Notes under the pieces: model-generated
Seen by the model: only the letters and a program-made list of their open reading frames with translations
Databases searched by the model: none
Told to the model about the DNA's origin: nothing
Shown here: piece by piece, positions 1 through 12,000 of the stretch
Position numbering within the stretch: position 1 is the first letter of the stretch
How the letters are laid out: every line of letters starts with the position of its first letter
NCBI GenBank assembly: GCA_037447605.1
Contig: CM074817.1
Coordinates: 682,001 to 746,000 of the forward strand
Length of the DNA stretch: 64,000 nt
Source: Zygnema circumcarinatum SAG 698-1b
Taxonomy: Eukaryota; Plantae; Zygnematophyceae
Reading direction: 5' to 3'
Position numbers and translations under genes: made by a program

Positions 1-511
1 CAACCAATCCGATGCTGCAAACCTTTTTCGAAAAGGTAAGGATGGTTTCAAAACAAACGATCTGCACGGCGGTCATGGCGGGTCATGGAGGGTCATGAAA
101 GCACTGGCGATGGCTTCATATCTTCGTGGGAGCACCGGGGGGGGGGGGTCACGACCCCACTCGAAAGATGCCGTCGCAAAACTCGAAACCTGAGTTTGCA
201 GTTTGCAGTTTGCGCTTTCTGGTCCGCCCTGTTAAGTAGCGTGACGTCACGTCCGGCTCGGATGCGACTGCAGGTGCTCGGAATCTTCGAAAAGGTCCAC
301 GCCACGTGGCACCTCCTGCTGACAGACTTGAGAGTGACACGTGACAGATCGTGCGCCGTCGGACAAGGTCCAGATCCTGTTCCCGTGGCCGCTAAACTGC
401 CGAACGAAAACTGTCGCGTCTGACGGCGAACTGGAGAATGCCGCATGGAACGGAAGTCAGCGCCCCTCCGCCTCATGGAGGGAGCCGGCAGCTGTCCCTG
501 AGCATCTCTGT

Positions 512-957
512 TAGGGTTGGGGGCACGGGGCACGGGCATGCCCGGGGGGGGGGCATGCCCGGGGGGGGGGCATGCCCCCCATTTTTGACCGTCCGTGCCC
601 GGGGCACGCCTCCAAAAATTTTCCCCATATATTTCGTGCCCCCCCGTGCCCCCTGTCACGTGACGCTTACCTCGTACGACCAGGCCCGGGCCGGTGACGA
701 TTGGTGTTGAGTACTGTCCGTACTTTTCATATTTTCCCGTACATGTGTACCTTTATCCGTACGTTTAGTACATTAATCTGTACTTTCTGTACCTTCATCC
801 GTACCGTTTTTAAAATAGTATATTCTTTTTTGGACCGATTTGAATTGCTCAATGCAGTCACGTCACGGGGCACGAAAAAGGGGCATGCCCCCCCCCAAGG
901 GGGGGGGGGCACGTGCCCCTGGGCACGGGTCGGAGGGGGACCGTGCCCCCAACCCTA
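512..957. mobile_element. hAT-superfamily non-autonomous element (MITE), 446 bp
   Basis: Perfect 17-bp TIR TAGGGTTGGGGGCACGG (512-528) / CCGTGCCCCCAACCCTA (941-957), flanked by the 8-bp direct repeat ATCTCTGT (504-511 and 958-965). Many subterminal GGGCAC/GTGCCC motifs; no coding capacity. An 8-bp TSD with TAGGG ends is typical of hAT. Confidence 0.9.
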
Positions 958-1314
958 ATCTCTGTGCTCGTACAATTCAGCTGCTTTTAGGTTAATTTTT
1001 TTTTGTTTTTGTTGTTTGAATTGTTCCCAATTTTCAGCATCATATCAGGAGCACTGCTACACCCTTCCATCAGATAAAACATTATATTTCTTACAGCATA
1101 GGAGTTGTCAGAAGAGAGAGAGTGAGGAGGAGGAGGAAGACAGAGGAAGGAGGGCGAGGAGGGAGGTGGAGAGGGAGAGAGTGAGGGAGGGAGGTGGGTA
1201 AAACGGTTACAGGGACAGAGAGAGACAGGGAGAGGGCTAGACCTAAAGATCGAGAGAGAAAGGGGTGTAAGGAGGGAGGGAGAGTGAAGAGAGAGCAAGG
1301 CCGCGAGGGAAGCC

Positions 1315-1772
1315 ATGGGCTCTCTCTTGGGAGACCTTCCCTCCTACAACCCTCACAACTTCAGTCAGCTTCGACCTTCCGACCGCCATCCCTCCTCGGT
1401 ACCGCCACCTCCTCTTCCCAACCCCCGGCATTAGGGTCTCATGGGCCGTTAGAGTGCGTGATACACACAATTGGGTTTATGCATATGTTTGACGTGGGCC
1501 ACCCGCGCCCTCGCCTATATGCAGATATAGTTTGTAGAGTCCCCTTTTCTGACAGTTTTCACTCCCTGCACATGCTCATCTGCAAGGGTGGGCCTTCTTT
1601 CTGACGACTGAGTTTTGAAGCTTGATCTCCTGAAATTTTCGGCTTTAACGAAAGTTCTCTGATCGTTCTCTGATTCTCTCCCCTCCCTCAATCCCTCCCT
1701 CCCATGTGCAGCAAAGTCGCCTAGTGACGTATTACCCCACCGACAACTGCACTCTGCCGCCGCCAGACCAAG
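1315..1772 (+). other. DDA1: Partial DDA1 copy (exons 1-2 only), probably an assembly duplicate
   Basis: Exons 1315-1398 ([28 protein letters not shown]) and 1712-1772 ([20 protein letters not shown]) match those at 2623-3080; the copy is truncated by the gap. Confidence 0.7.
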
Positions 1773-1868
1773 GTGGGTCCGTTTTCGTAACGCTTTCTGT
1801 GTCAGAAAAAAACAGCAGAAGGAGTTGTGACGAGTGAAGTTACCTTAGTCGACCTCATNNNNNNNNNN

Positions 1869-2265
1869 GGGGGGGGGGCATGCCCCCCATTTTTGACCGT
1901 CCGTGCCCGGGGCACGCCTCCAAAAATTTTCCCCATATATTTCGTGCCCCCCCGTGCCCCCTGTCACGTGACGCTTACCTCGTACGACCAGGCCCGGGCC
2001 GGTGACGATTGGTGTTGAGTACTGTCCGTACTTTTCATATTTTCCCGTACATGTGTACCTTTATCCGTACGTTTAGTACATTAATCTGTACTTTCTGTAC
2101 CTTCATCCGTACCGTTTTTAAAATAGTATATTCTTTTTTGGACCGATTTGAATTGCTCAATGCAGTCACGTCACGGGGCACGAAAAAGGGGCATGCCCCC
2201 CCCCAAGGGGGGGGGGGCACGTGCCCCTGGGCACGGGTCGGAGGGGGACCGTGCCCCCAACCCTA
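1869..2265. mobile_element. Second, 5'-truncated copy of the hAT MITE inside the duplicated block
   Basis: Same sequence as 561-957; the right TIR ends at 2265 and is followed by ATCTCTGT. Confidence 0.7.
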
Positions 2266-2622
2266 ATCTCTGTGCTCGTACAATTCAGCTGCTTTTAGGT
2301 TAATTTTTTTTTGTTTTTGTTGTTTGAATTGTTCCCAATTTTCAGCATCATATCAGGAGCACTGCTACACCCTTCCATCAGATAAAACATTATATTTCTT
2401 ACAGCATAGGAGTTGTCAGAAGAGAGAGAGTGAGGAGGAGGAGGAAGACAGAGGAAGGAGGGCGAGGAGGGAGGTGGAGAGGGAGAGAGTGAGGGAGGGA
2501 GGTGGGTAAAACGGTTACAGGGACAGAGAGAGACAGGGAGAGGGCTAGACCTAAAGATCGAGAGAGAAAGGGGTGTAAGGAGGGAGGGAGAGTGAAGAGA
2601 GAGCAAGGCCGCGAGGGAAGCC

Positions 2623-3781
2623 ATGGGCTCTCTCTTGGGAGACCTTCCCTCCTACAACCCTCACAACTTCAGTCAGCTTCGACCTTCCGACCGCCATCCC
2701 TCCTCGGTACCGCCACCTCCTCTTCCCAACCCCCGGCATTAGGGTCTCATGGGCCGTTAGAGTGCGTGATACACACAATTGGGTTTATGCATATGTTTGA
2801 CGTGGGCCACCCGCGCCCTCGCCTATATGCAGATATAGTTTGTAGAGTCCCCTTTTCTGACAGTTTTCACTCCCTGCACATGCTCATCTGCAAGGGTGGG
2901 CCTTCTTTCTGACGACTGAGTTTTGAAGCTTGATCTCCTGAAATTTTCGGCTTTAACGAAAGTTCTCTGATCGTTCTCTGATTCTCTCCCCTCCCTCAAT
3001 CCCTCCCTCCCATGTGCAGCAAAGTCGCCTAGTGACGTATTACCCCACCGACAACTGCACTCTGCCGCCGCCAGACCAAGGTGGGTCCGTTTTCGTAACG
3101 CTTTCTGTGTCAGAAAAAAACAGCAGAAGGAGTTGTGACGAGTGAAGTTACCTTAGTCGACCTCATCCATAACGCCGTCGAAATTTACTTTAAAAGCTCC
3201 AAAATCGAAGGAGTTCTAAAAAAATTGAACTCATGGACTGACTCAGTACTGGTCTTGGGGAAGCAAATGTTAACCTGCAGTTTTATAACGGCACTTGAAA
3301 CCTGAAAGTTCTGAGTGCCTCGTAGTTGTGAAGCAATGTAAAGCTCCACAAAGTTGGTAACCAGACTCAAAAGCCAGATCTAAACTCTCTTGGACCCGCA
3401 TCCCTGATGTTCCTCCTCCTCACATACATTAGATTCATGGGAGCATTTTGGAGCAGTGATTACAACGGAGGCAACGAACATTTTGCTGCGCCGATTTTAT
3501 GAAATGGCAGAACATAAGGTGAGAGCAGATGAGAGCATATCTCCCTTAAGTTTCCAACTTTAAGTCTGTAAAAACTAAACCTTTAACACGAACTAAACAA
3601 TATACTGTTCATATTCCCTGAAAGCCTGCATTTCCTGAACCGTGAACCTCAATCAAATGCATTCCAAACTTTAAAACTCCGATTCTCGGTTGTCTGCCAG
3701 CATCGCTCCAAGCGGCCTGCGGGCGACCATTTGAAGCAGCAAGAGCCCGGGGGGAAGCAACCTCGAGTGGCTCAACCGTAA
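2623..3781 (+). CDS. DDA1: DET1- and DDB1-associated protein 1, 4 exons, 95 aa
   Basis: Exons 2623-2706, 3020-3080, 3457-3518, 3701-3781, all GT-AG and phase-consistent. Protein [23 protein letters not shown]...[47 protein letters not shown]...* closely resembles plant DDA1 (LGDLPSFDPHNFSQ..TLPPPDQVITTE..NILIR.FY). Confidence 0.93.
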
Positions 3782-5402
3782 CAGAATCTGAAATTTTGCC
3801 AAAAACCTGAACGCAGGGACTAGCCGTGCGAGCAAAATAATTACAGCGATGAAAACGCGAATGTGAACTTTTTTTTGAAACGATCAACAAAACTTTTTGT
3901 TCGTGAAACTGTATAGGATCTGTAGGAGGGCTTCGGTCTTTCAGAATCTCTGTCCAGGCAGCTGAAGAGGCGCTTTTAAGCCGCTTTAGTGTTAGAAAGT
4001 TTCTTAAACGGATTCAGATTTTAGGGTTTGTTTGAGGTAGCTCGACGCAGTTGCGCCTTCGGGTGGAACGTGGGATTAGGGCACTTAAAGAAGTTACAAA
4101 GGAATTACGTGTACAGAAATCCTTAATTTTTCTGTCTAACGGCAGTTCTATATAGTGTAGCGTTGTTAGTGAGTGGGCCAAACTGCAATTGCAGACGTTT
4201 GTACTGCGTTCACAGATTTACAGAAAATTGAGCTGAAATCGTCGCGTTTTTTTTCATCTCCATTCTGCCCCCCCCGCGTGGAGGCGTTAGAGGAGTTTCA
4301 CAGGTGAAGGAGTTTTGCTCTCAGATTTGTGTGATTTAAAATTTCTCACCTTTTCACCTCCTCCCGCCCCTGATCTCTCCACCTCTCCCCCTCTCCCTAT
4401 GTTTCTATGTGCCTCGCCTCTCACCCCCCCTCCCTCTCCTCCACATCCTCCACATTCTCTGCCACTAACTCTCCCTCTCCACTCTCTTTACATTTGTCGC
4501 TCCTCTCTCCCCCTATCCTTCGCCTACTGCTTCCGCTTCCTTCCTTCCTCTCTCTTTCACACTCCCCCACTTCCTCCCCCTCTCCCTTTCAATGTGCCTA
4601 TCTCCTCTCCCTCCCTCTCCCTCCCCTCATCCTTTCTCCATCCTGCCTACAGCACAAAGCTTTAAGTACAAATTTGTCATTTTCAGATTCTACCTTTTTT
4701 TTTCATCACATGAAAGCAATTGATAAAAAAGGCGCACATCTTTATGCGTGAAAGAATCCTCACGATAATTTATGGTACACGGCGTTGTCCCACAGTTCTC
4801 TCACCTACCAAAAAGCTGCAATGTACCTCTCGGTTCCATATACCCCACTTATACCCCTTCTGGTCGAATGAGTTTAATATCAATGTACCAATAAATCTCA
4901 ATCTATAATACCTAACAAAATAAGGTATAAGTAGCCCTATAAATATCCTTACTGTACCTAATAAAAAAGAATCGAGCATTCGCAGAGCCCTACTTTTCCT
5001 GTGGCTGTGGAATCCTTGCCTGCATTTGGCTAACACGCTAAGATGCCGTGTGCTATCCGTCCATATCCCGGCAATCGCCGGAGCCTTTTATTCTGCCAAC
5101 ACGTCAATTCCTCCCTCAACCCTCTCCTCTAAAAAGGACGCTCTGTAAGCAGAAATGGGAGCAGTCCCCCTGTGACATTTGTCACGCGCTGCCAACGCGT
5201 GCCGCGTATGTCGAATGGTCTGCCATCCGAAACATCGCGCGATGTTGGGGATGGAAAATGCCAATTATTGAAAGAGGCAGGATCTCAATCTAGATAATCG
5301 AAGAATGCAGAACAGTTCTCACCCTCGAGAACTGCTGCATGCGAGCGAGCGCGTATGTACATAGACACACTCGGGGAGCAAAAATAGGGTAGTTAATCCA
5401 CG

Positions 5403-8400
5403 TCAAGGCTTCTTGTAGGTCTTGAATTCGGACCAATAATAAGGCGCCGGGATATTGTAGAGAGGGGAATAGGCCGAGTCGGACACATATTTAATCCCGA
5501 CATTGCGCTTCGAACAAGAAATGAAGTTGGGGTTAATTTTGTATACGGGCGAAGTCTTGTCGTCAATTCCGTAGTCGCCAGTTTTGTAGTTGTTGAACTT
5601 GAAGTTTTTCATCGCCAGTCTGTTGGACTGGAAGTAGTTGAAGCCCTTTGCCACCGGGGTGTAGTGGCAGTTCTGAACCGCTGCTTGAAATGTGGTTTTC
5701 TGAACGAACAGGGTCAAATTGTTGCCTGTCGGCAGGCCACTGCACATCCCCGTCACGGCGGCCGGGGCGGACCCGGGGGGGTTGCAGGACTGCCCGCGGT
5801 AGGTGGCCTGACTGCAGAAGTCGTTGAATGCGGGGAATGTCTGCAGGGGAGGGGAGGGAGCAGAGGCCGTCAGAGCTTGCAGGGAGGGAGGGAAGCACGA
5901 CGTGACGCGTGCCTTATTCTGACAGCGGACCATCAGAATTGATGCGTTTGAATATGGGCGCGACTGGTTAGAGACAAGGAGATTCCTTGAGGGAGAGATT
6001 GCGAGGACAGAGAGAGAAATGACTAATGTGAGGGTTTATTATCGATGCGCCCTCCCTTCCAAGCAACTGGTTGCGGGGGGCTGAGAGAGGAGGGAGCTGC
6101 ACCTTGCGGATGAGCGGCGTGTCGAAGCTGGTGGTGCGCACGTTGTCCCAGTACGTGCCCGGGTCCTTGAGGCAGTTGTTCTTGTCGTAGTTCTGGCAGC
6201 TCACGTACGCTGTCTGCCACATGGGCCGGATCAGAATGATGTCCTTGAACATGTTCCTGCGCGCTCCCCACATCAATATTAGCATTGCGTCCCTCTCCCT
6301 CTCTCGCTTTCTCCCTCTTATTTCTACCTCTCTCGTTTTCCCGCTCCTCCCCATCCCTCCCTCCCTCCAACTCTCCCTCCCTCCCTCCCTCCCTCCCTCG
6401 GCGGCACTCACTCCTTCCCGGTGTTGATCTTGATCCCGTCGTCGTTGCTGACGCACACGCCCCCGTTGACGGTGACGCCCGACGACGCGTAGTCGAGGTA
6501 GTAGCAGTGCCCCGGGCCCTGCACGTAGTTGCAGGTCGCCGTGTTGCCTGCCACGTGGCCCAATCGCACATCAGCATTCCTCATGCCATGCCATGAGTCC
6601 CACCTCCCACCCCTACCCCATGCACCATACCCCATGCCCCATGCCCCATGGGGCCCATGCGCATCCATGTTCAACACGGCGCGGCCCTAGGCCCTAGGCC
6701 GTAGGCTCTCACCTGGCCCCCACCAGTGCAGGTTGAAGTAGATCCCGGCGGAGTCCGAGGTGTACCCGCGGCCCGTGATTTTGTTTTTGTTGAACACGAG
6801 GTTGTACTCGATGCGGTTCAACATGCAGTCGCCAGCCGTGTGGACTCCGAATCCACACGAGATCCCGAACAGCGTGAAGTCGTGCACGTAATTGTTCGCG
6901 ACCACGTTCCCCACCGCGCCGTAGTACATGTTGATCCCCACGTCCGACCCTGTACGGACATGCCCGTTCGTACATAAAATCTCGTTAGATTCTGATCTGA
7001 AGATCTGATAGGGACCCTAAATGCCGAGATCCACGACAAGATCAAGACCCGCAAAGGACAAGATCTTCCGGAGTCGGAGATTCCCGTCGCGCGTTTTGAA
7101 TGCGCGAGAAACGCGTGGCGGCGGACGTTGGCGCAACGCAACCGTGGCCGGCGTGGGCTAATTCCCGCACGCCACGTGGCGGGCAGCCATGTGCAGGCCA
7201 CCGCTTGCTTTCATGGCGGGCGGGGCCACTTGGAGCGCGTGCGAGCGGGGAGGGACCAGGGACGGGCGGGGCGGGTCCCTCCCTCTCACATTTTGAAAAG
7301 CTGTCAGCCCCTGATCGATCGCCTTCGAAGGTCGAATTGCAAAAATACACAAACTCGAATTCGGTTTTTTTTACCCAATTCATTGGTCAGCCCCCCCAAC
7401 ACTAAACTCCTGGATCCGCCTCTGCTTCGGGGCAGCCTTTTTGGGAGCCCAAGTAAGCAGGTATGGACGTCAGGTGGCGTCGCACCAAGGGTGAAAATTG
7501 AGTGGCGTGACGGGAGGGAGGGAGGGAGGGAGGGAGGGGCCCACCAGAGATGTCACAGTTGGAGATGATGTTGTTGGCCTTGACGAGCTTGGTGCCCATG
7601 CCCGAGTACGAGATGGTGACCGCCCCCGGGTTCACGTTCCGGCTCCCCACGGCCACCACCGCGAGGTGGTCCAGCCGGCAGCTGCCCGCGTTGATCAGCT
7701 CGATCCGCCCGCGGATGCGCGACTGCGCCCCAAGGCCACGCTCTCGCCACTCAGTCTCAGACTCAAACTCAACAACAGCCTTAACCGCACGAACACCCTC
7801 GCCTTTCCGATGCTCGACGGCGCATACAATGACTGTATAGATGTACAAACGCAGATGAAGCTTTGTAAGCCTGTGCTCACCCTGACCACCTGCACGCCGT
7901 ACGACCAGCTGAGCGTGACCGCCGCGCACATGCTCTCCCTCTGCGCCTGCGGGTACCCTCGGCACGCGCCCGCGCCCGCGCTCAGAGGCGTCGCCACGTG
8001 GACCGCCTTCCACACGATGTTGCTCGCGCGCAGGAACACGACCGCGGCCTTGTCGTTTAGCGGGTACGTGAGGGTGGCCGGGCCGCCCCCCTTGGCGAGC
8101 TGGCCGATGATCCACGTGCAGGAGAACTCCTCCGTCAGCCAGAGCGTGTCGTTTAGCGTGATGTCGGCCATGACGAACATGGTGACGTGCTGGCTGGCGG
8201 GGATGGTCCGCCGCTTCTGGAAGTCGGCCTGCTGGTACACGCGGAGGACGATGCGGGCGCCGGAGCACGGGCCGGGGCCTGCTGCGAACACGAGAGGAAA
8301 AATTGGGGTTACGTTGAGAATATGGGTAGGGAAATGCACTTGCAAGGGAATTACTGGAAAGGATAAGAGTTTGCTTTTTAAATAGTTTCAAAAAATGGGA

Positions 8401-9156
8401 CGAGTAAGTTTTAATGCAGCAGATAAGGAAGGGAGTGCTTCGCCATACTTGATGCTGCTTTTGATACGGCCCCGGCTGCTGCAACATCTGCAACCGCCAT
8501 GTCCATGGAAGCCTCCGTGAGCGCTGCTGATTCTGGATACATAGAAACACACTCCTCAGTAATGGGGACTGCCGAATGCTGCTAAACCGAGAGGGCGGGA
8601 CAGTGAGAGGGGAATCGTGAGAGAGAGGGGGGAGGTGGGGGCCAATGAGGAGGAATATGAACTGAGAAAAAGGGGAAAAGGCTACGGAATCTGAGCGCGT
8701 GACATTCGAGGGAGGAGGCAGGAATTGGCAGGAGCGGGAAAAGGAGGTAATGACATGGCGTGGAAGGGGAGGAGGGAGGGAGGATAGAGGGGGGACAGAG
8801 TGCAAGAACGAGATGGAGAGCTAGGGAGTGAGAGACGAAGAGAGGGAGAAGCAGGAGAGGTAGTGGGAGAGAGGGTCACCACCTTCGCTATGGTGTCCAA
8901 CCCCTTGAGGATGATGCCCTGCGCCTGGCGGGTGGTGGCCAGAGCCTGCAAATAAATCCAAAGTACGACGGAAAATAAAATTGAGTTAAATCAAAGAAAT
9001 TAGTGTATGAGAAGCCGTTAAATCAACATTGAACAGACTTGCCAATTTTTTTATATGCTTTATACAGATACATTCAAAAGTTTTTTTCTTCTTACCTTCA
9101 ATTTCTGCTGCTGCAAGGAGAAAAACAAGAGAGCTGAGAACGAGTGCAGCCTGCAT
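5403..9156 (-). CDS. Secreted right-handed parallel beta-helix (pectin lyase-like fold) protein, multi-exon
   Basis: Signal peptide MQAALVLSSLVFLLAAAEIE. Phase-consistent exons include TGPGPCSGARIVLRVY..., KANNIISNCDIS|GSDVGINMYYGAVGNVVANNYVHDFTLFGISCG..., HCYYLDYASSGVTVNGGVCVSNDDGIKINTG, and a C-terminal exon ending KTYKKP* at 5403. The N-x-V/I-x-N-N ladders and YYLD motif are typical of beta-helix repeats. Some internal exon borders are uncertain. Confidence 0.75.
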
Positions 9157-10739
9157 TGGCAAAAAGTGCACACGGAAATGAGGACCTCAGATTTGATTCA
9201 GAAAAAAAAAATGCAAGAATACATAGATGATCGATCCTGCCTCTCGCTCTCTCTCCCTCTCCAGCCTCTGTCGCTTTCTGTCTCCATTTTCCCCAGTCCA
9301 ACCCTCGCTCCGTCCCACACCTTCTCCCTCCCGCCCCTCCTCAACTCCTTCAAATCCTCTCCCCTCCCACCCACTACTTCTCTCCCGCTCTCGTTTGCGC
9401 GGCCCGTCTGAAAAATGCTTGTCCTTCCACCTTAGAAAAAACAATCTCTCTCTCCCTATCTCATCTGGATCAGTTCCCAACCCCCCCACCCGCCCTCCGC
9501 TCATAGTCCTCGCCTCCCTCGCTCCATCCGCTACTGCCTCCCCGTTGCATTGCAACTCAGTCTAACCCTCACCTGCATTGTCACCATTCTCGCCAGAGAA
9601 CAGAGGGAGAGAGAGAGACAGAGAGAAAGAGAGAGAGAGGGGGAGAGGCGAAAGAGAGAGAGAGTGAATGTGCTATGGAGTGGGAGGGGATTGACCGTGC
9701 GAGCGAGCACGGCCCCTGCGCCTTTTGACTGCGGCGCCGAAGCCATCCGCGCGCGCAACGTGGCCGTACAAACGAACTTCATTTCGAGGGCAGCGCCGAC
9801 CCGCGTCCCGGGCAGATTAAACATTTTGTTCCTGCCCGCTGACACGGCGCGGCTGTGGAAGCTGCCGACAAGCCGTCCATTTCGACAATTTCGGGAAAAC
9901 GTTTTAATGTTTCAGTTCTGCCCGTTTACGTGGGCAAGTAAGAAAACTTTCGAGCGGCCGCGCACCGAGTCAGCCCTCGCGCCATTATTGACCGTGTCCG
10001 GGTAGATCCCGGCGGCGCGGCGGCGCGTGCCAGCTCATCATCAACCACCACGTGGCGCAGCCTGAGCACGAGTTCAACGCAGCGGATGCGCCAAAAGTGG
10101 TCGGTGCCCGCTTTCAGTTTCCCGTTTGTCAGCAAGCGGGGGCGAGGGCGCGCCCGAATAGCGGGCGGTTTGTTGTTTGCGGGCGCGCGCTTAAACGCGT
10201 TTTGGCTCGGAGCGCTCGTGAGCGCCGCCCCACTTGAAGGACAGGCTGGGGGAGGGTCCAGATTCTGCGATGCACTCGCGCGTGTTAGATCGGACGGTTG
10301 GCGATGCGCAGACCCACAAATTGATTTGTGTGCGTCCAAATTCGCATCGACTCTCGGGAAATTCAAAGGGCGGTCAAATATCCGGAGGTCAAATCTTCTG
10401 GTTTCTGCCCGTGCTGCCCTGAAACGTTTGGTAGCGTCCCAAATGGACTCCCATTCGAACGTGGCACGGCTTTTTCTGACGGTTTCCGCAAATTTCCACG
10501 CGCTGTCCTTCGCTGTAGCGCGGGCACCTGACGGCGGGCAACAGTGAAAAAATGTCGCATGAGACCGCGCCTCCTTGATGGGGACAAGACAAAACGTTTG
10601 GAGCTGCCCGTCGCGGCATTTAACTTCAAATTAATTCCTACAATCAAGATCCCAGAAACGACAAGTGGAACGAGACACACCCGGGGGAGTTAGCAACCGA
10701 GGCGGGTCAGCCTGCCGCTGCTGAATGCCCGTCCGCTGC

Positions 10740-11260
10740 CTTGATTGGGCCGCAGCAGATCCGACCAGCCTGGCCCACACGATCCGATCACACTATTTGT
10801 CCACTTTCGCCTTCACCGATAGCAGATGCGCGCTGCCATTGGGCCACAAGGTAAGGACTTCACTGCCCTTGTCGATAGCTAGCAGGTCTGCTAGGTCCCG
10901 CCACGTGTGCAGTGCCAGCTGGAGAGGCGTGAGGTTCACGCGTTCGTACAATGTGAGTGGAGCTCTACGAGCGCCGTCGAGCAATGAAATGTCACCAGTT
11001 GGCCTTGCTGACGTCGACTGAGAGTTCGTACATCCACCGTATGAAATGCCAGCTGCCGATCCCGGCGGCCTCCCTTGTCGTGAAGCGGCCGACGGGCAGC
11101 AACGACCGCCAGCGACTCGGTGTGCGGCAGCGAATCGTTGAAAGCGATCGTCCGTCCGTACGGAAATATTTCTTCACGGAAGGGCGGACTCTTGTTGAGC
11201 GCGAGGGCGAGAGCCGTGGGAACAGCGAGCCCATGGACATGCGCACATGGCGCGTGGCTG
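10740..11260 (-). pseudogene. Possible decayed coding fragment of unknown family
   Basis: GC3-biased reading frame that can be followed through two frameshifts and one stop: ...ALNKSPPFREEIFPYGRTIAFNDSLPHTESLAV / LPVGRFTTREAAGIGSWHFIRWMYELSVDVSKAN / GDISLLDGARRAPLTLYERVNLTPLQLALHTWRDLADLLAIDKGSEV... No family recognised. Confidence 0.25.
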
Positions 11261-12000
11261 GCGGTGGCGCCACAGCCATCCGCGAGGACAATGTTCGTGT
11301 TGCTATGCATCATGGGCACTGTGTGCTTCTTCAAAACGCAATCTTATTTGTTGGAAACAATCACCGTTCACATACGTGTAAGAAATTGTTCTTGACACTA
11401 TCTGTATTCATACTTTGCCTGTGACAGCACGCCAATGCACGACATTGTTGCGCATTGTTGCATTGCAGCCGTGCACTCATGGACGACCACAACAACAGCA
11501 ATGCGCCGGCGAGCCCGCATGGTGCGCCGCCGGCCTGCAGCATACGACAAACGCGACCGCCCGGACGAGCACCTGGCTTTCATTGTGTACAGTCCCTGTA
11601 CGAACACTCACCTGACGTCATGTGTGACAGCTGGCCGCACGTAACTGGCCAACTACGCTCTGTGGTTTGTTACAGGAAGACTCCATGTGTCGGCCGTGCA
11701 ACTGCGCAAGCGTCGATCTGCACGCGTACGCTCAACTACGCCGCATAGAACGCCTGCGCGCCTCGCGACCCATCCAGCGGTCCGTATGGAGATGTTACGG
11801 CTTCTACTCCGATACGATACGGCCACGCGGCGAGCAGTGGGCCCGCCACGTGGTGGTCTGCGCCGCGCATGTCCGGCGGCCGTACGGCCCTACAGCGCGG
11901 CGACGTGGCAGACCCTCATTCGCCGCACGCGCATCGCTCCCCACCCCCCCCATCACTCTCCCTCTGTCCCCTACATCTCTCTCTCTCGCGCTGAGGCTCC

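Larger units (their letters stand above)
561..3166. repeat. Direct duplication 561-1858 / 1869-3166 (offset 1308) across a 10-N gap; probable unmerged contig overlap
   Basis: All ORFs repeat with offset 1308 and the copies look identical by eye. Copy 1 ends exactly at the N run (1859-1868) and copy 2 starts exactly after it, inside a poly-G run. Confidence 0.85.

Noticed and set aside
561-3166. Tandem duplication of MITE + DDA1 exons 1-2 as a real biological event
   Set aside because: Copies look identical and break exactly at a 10-N gap in poly-G. The 10-N gap at 44491 is likewise flanked by a duplicated 20-mer, so these gaps look like unmerged overlaps. Read depth would settle it.
6950-7544. 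Promoter-like or TE-like insert in the beta-helix gene intron
   Set aside because: It has a G-box and GC-rich motifs, but no TIR/TSD was found and the flanking exons join cleanly in phase.
10681-10775. GC-rich potential stem-loops as an ncRNA
   Set aside because: No tRNA, snRNA or SRP motifs recognised; it overlaps the end of the decayed minus-strand frame.
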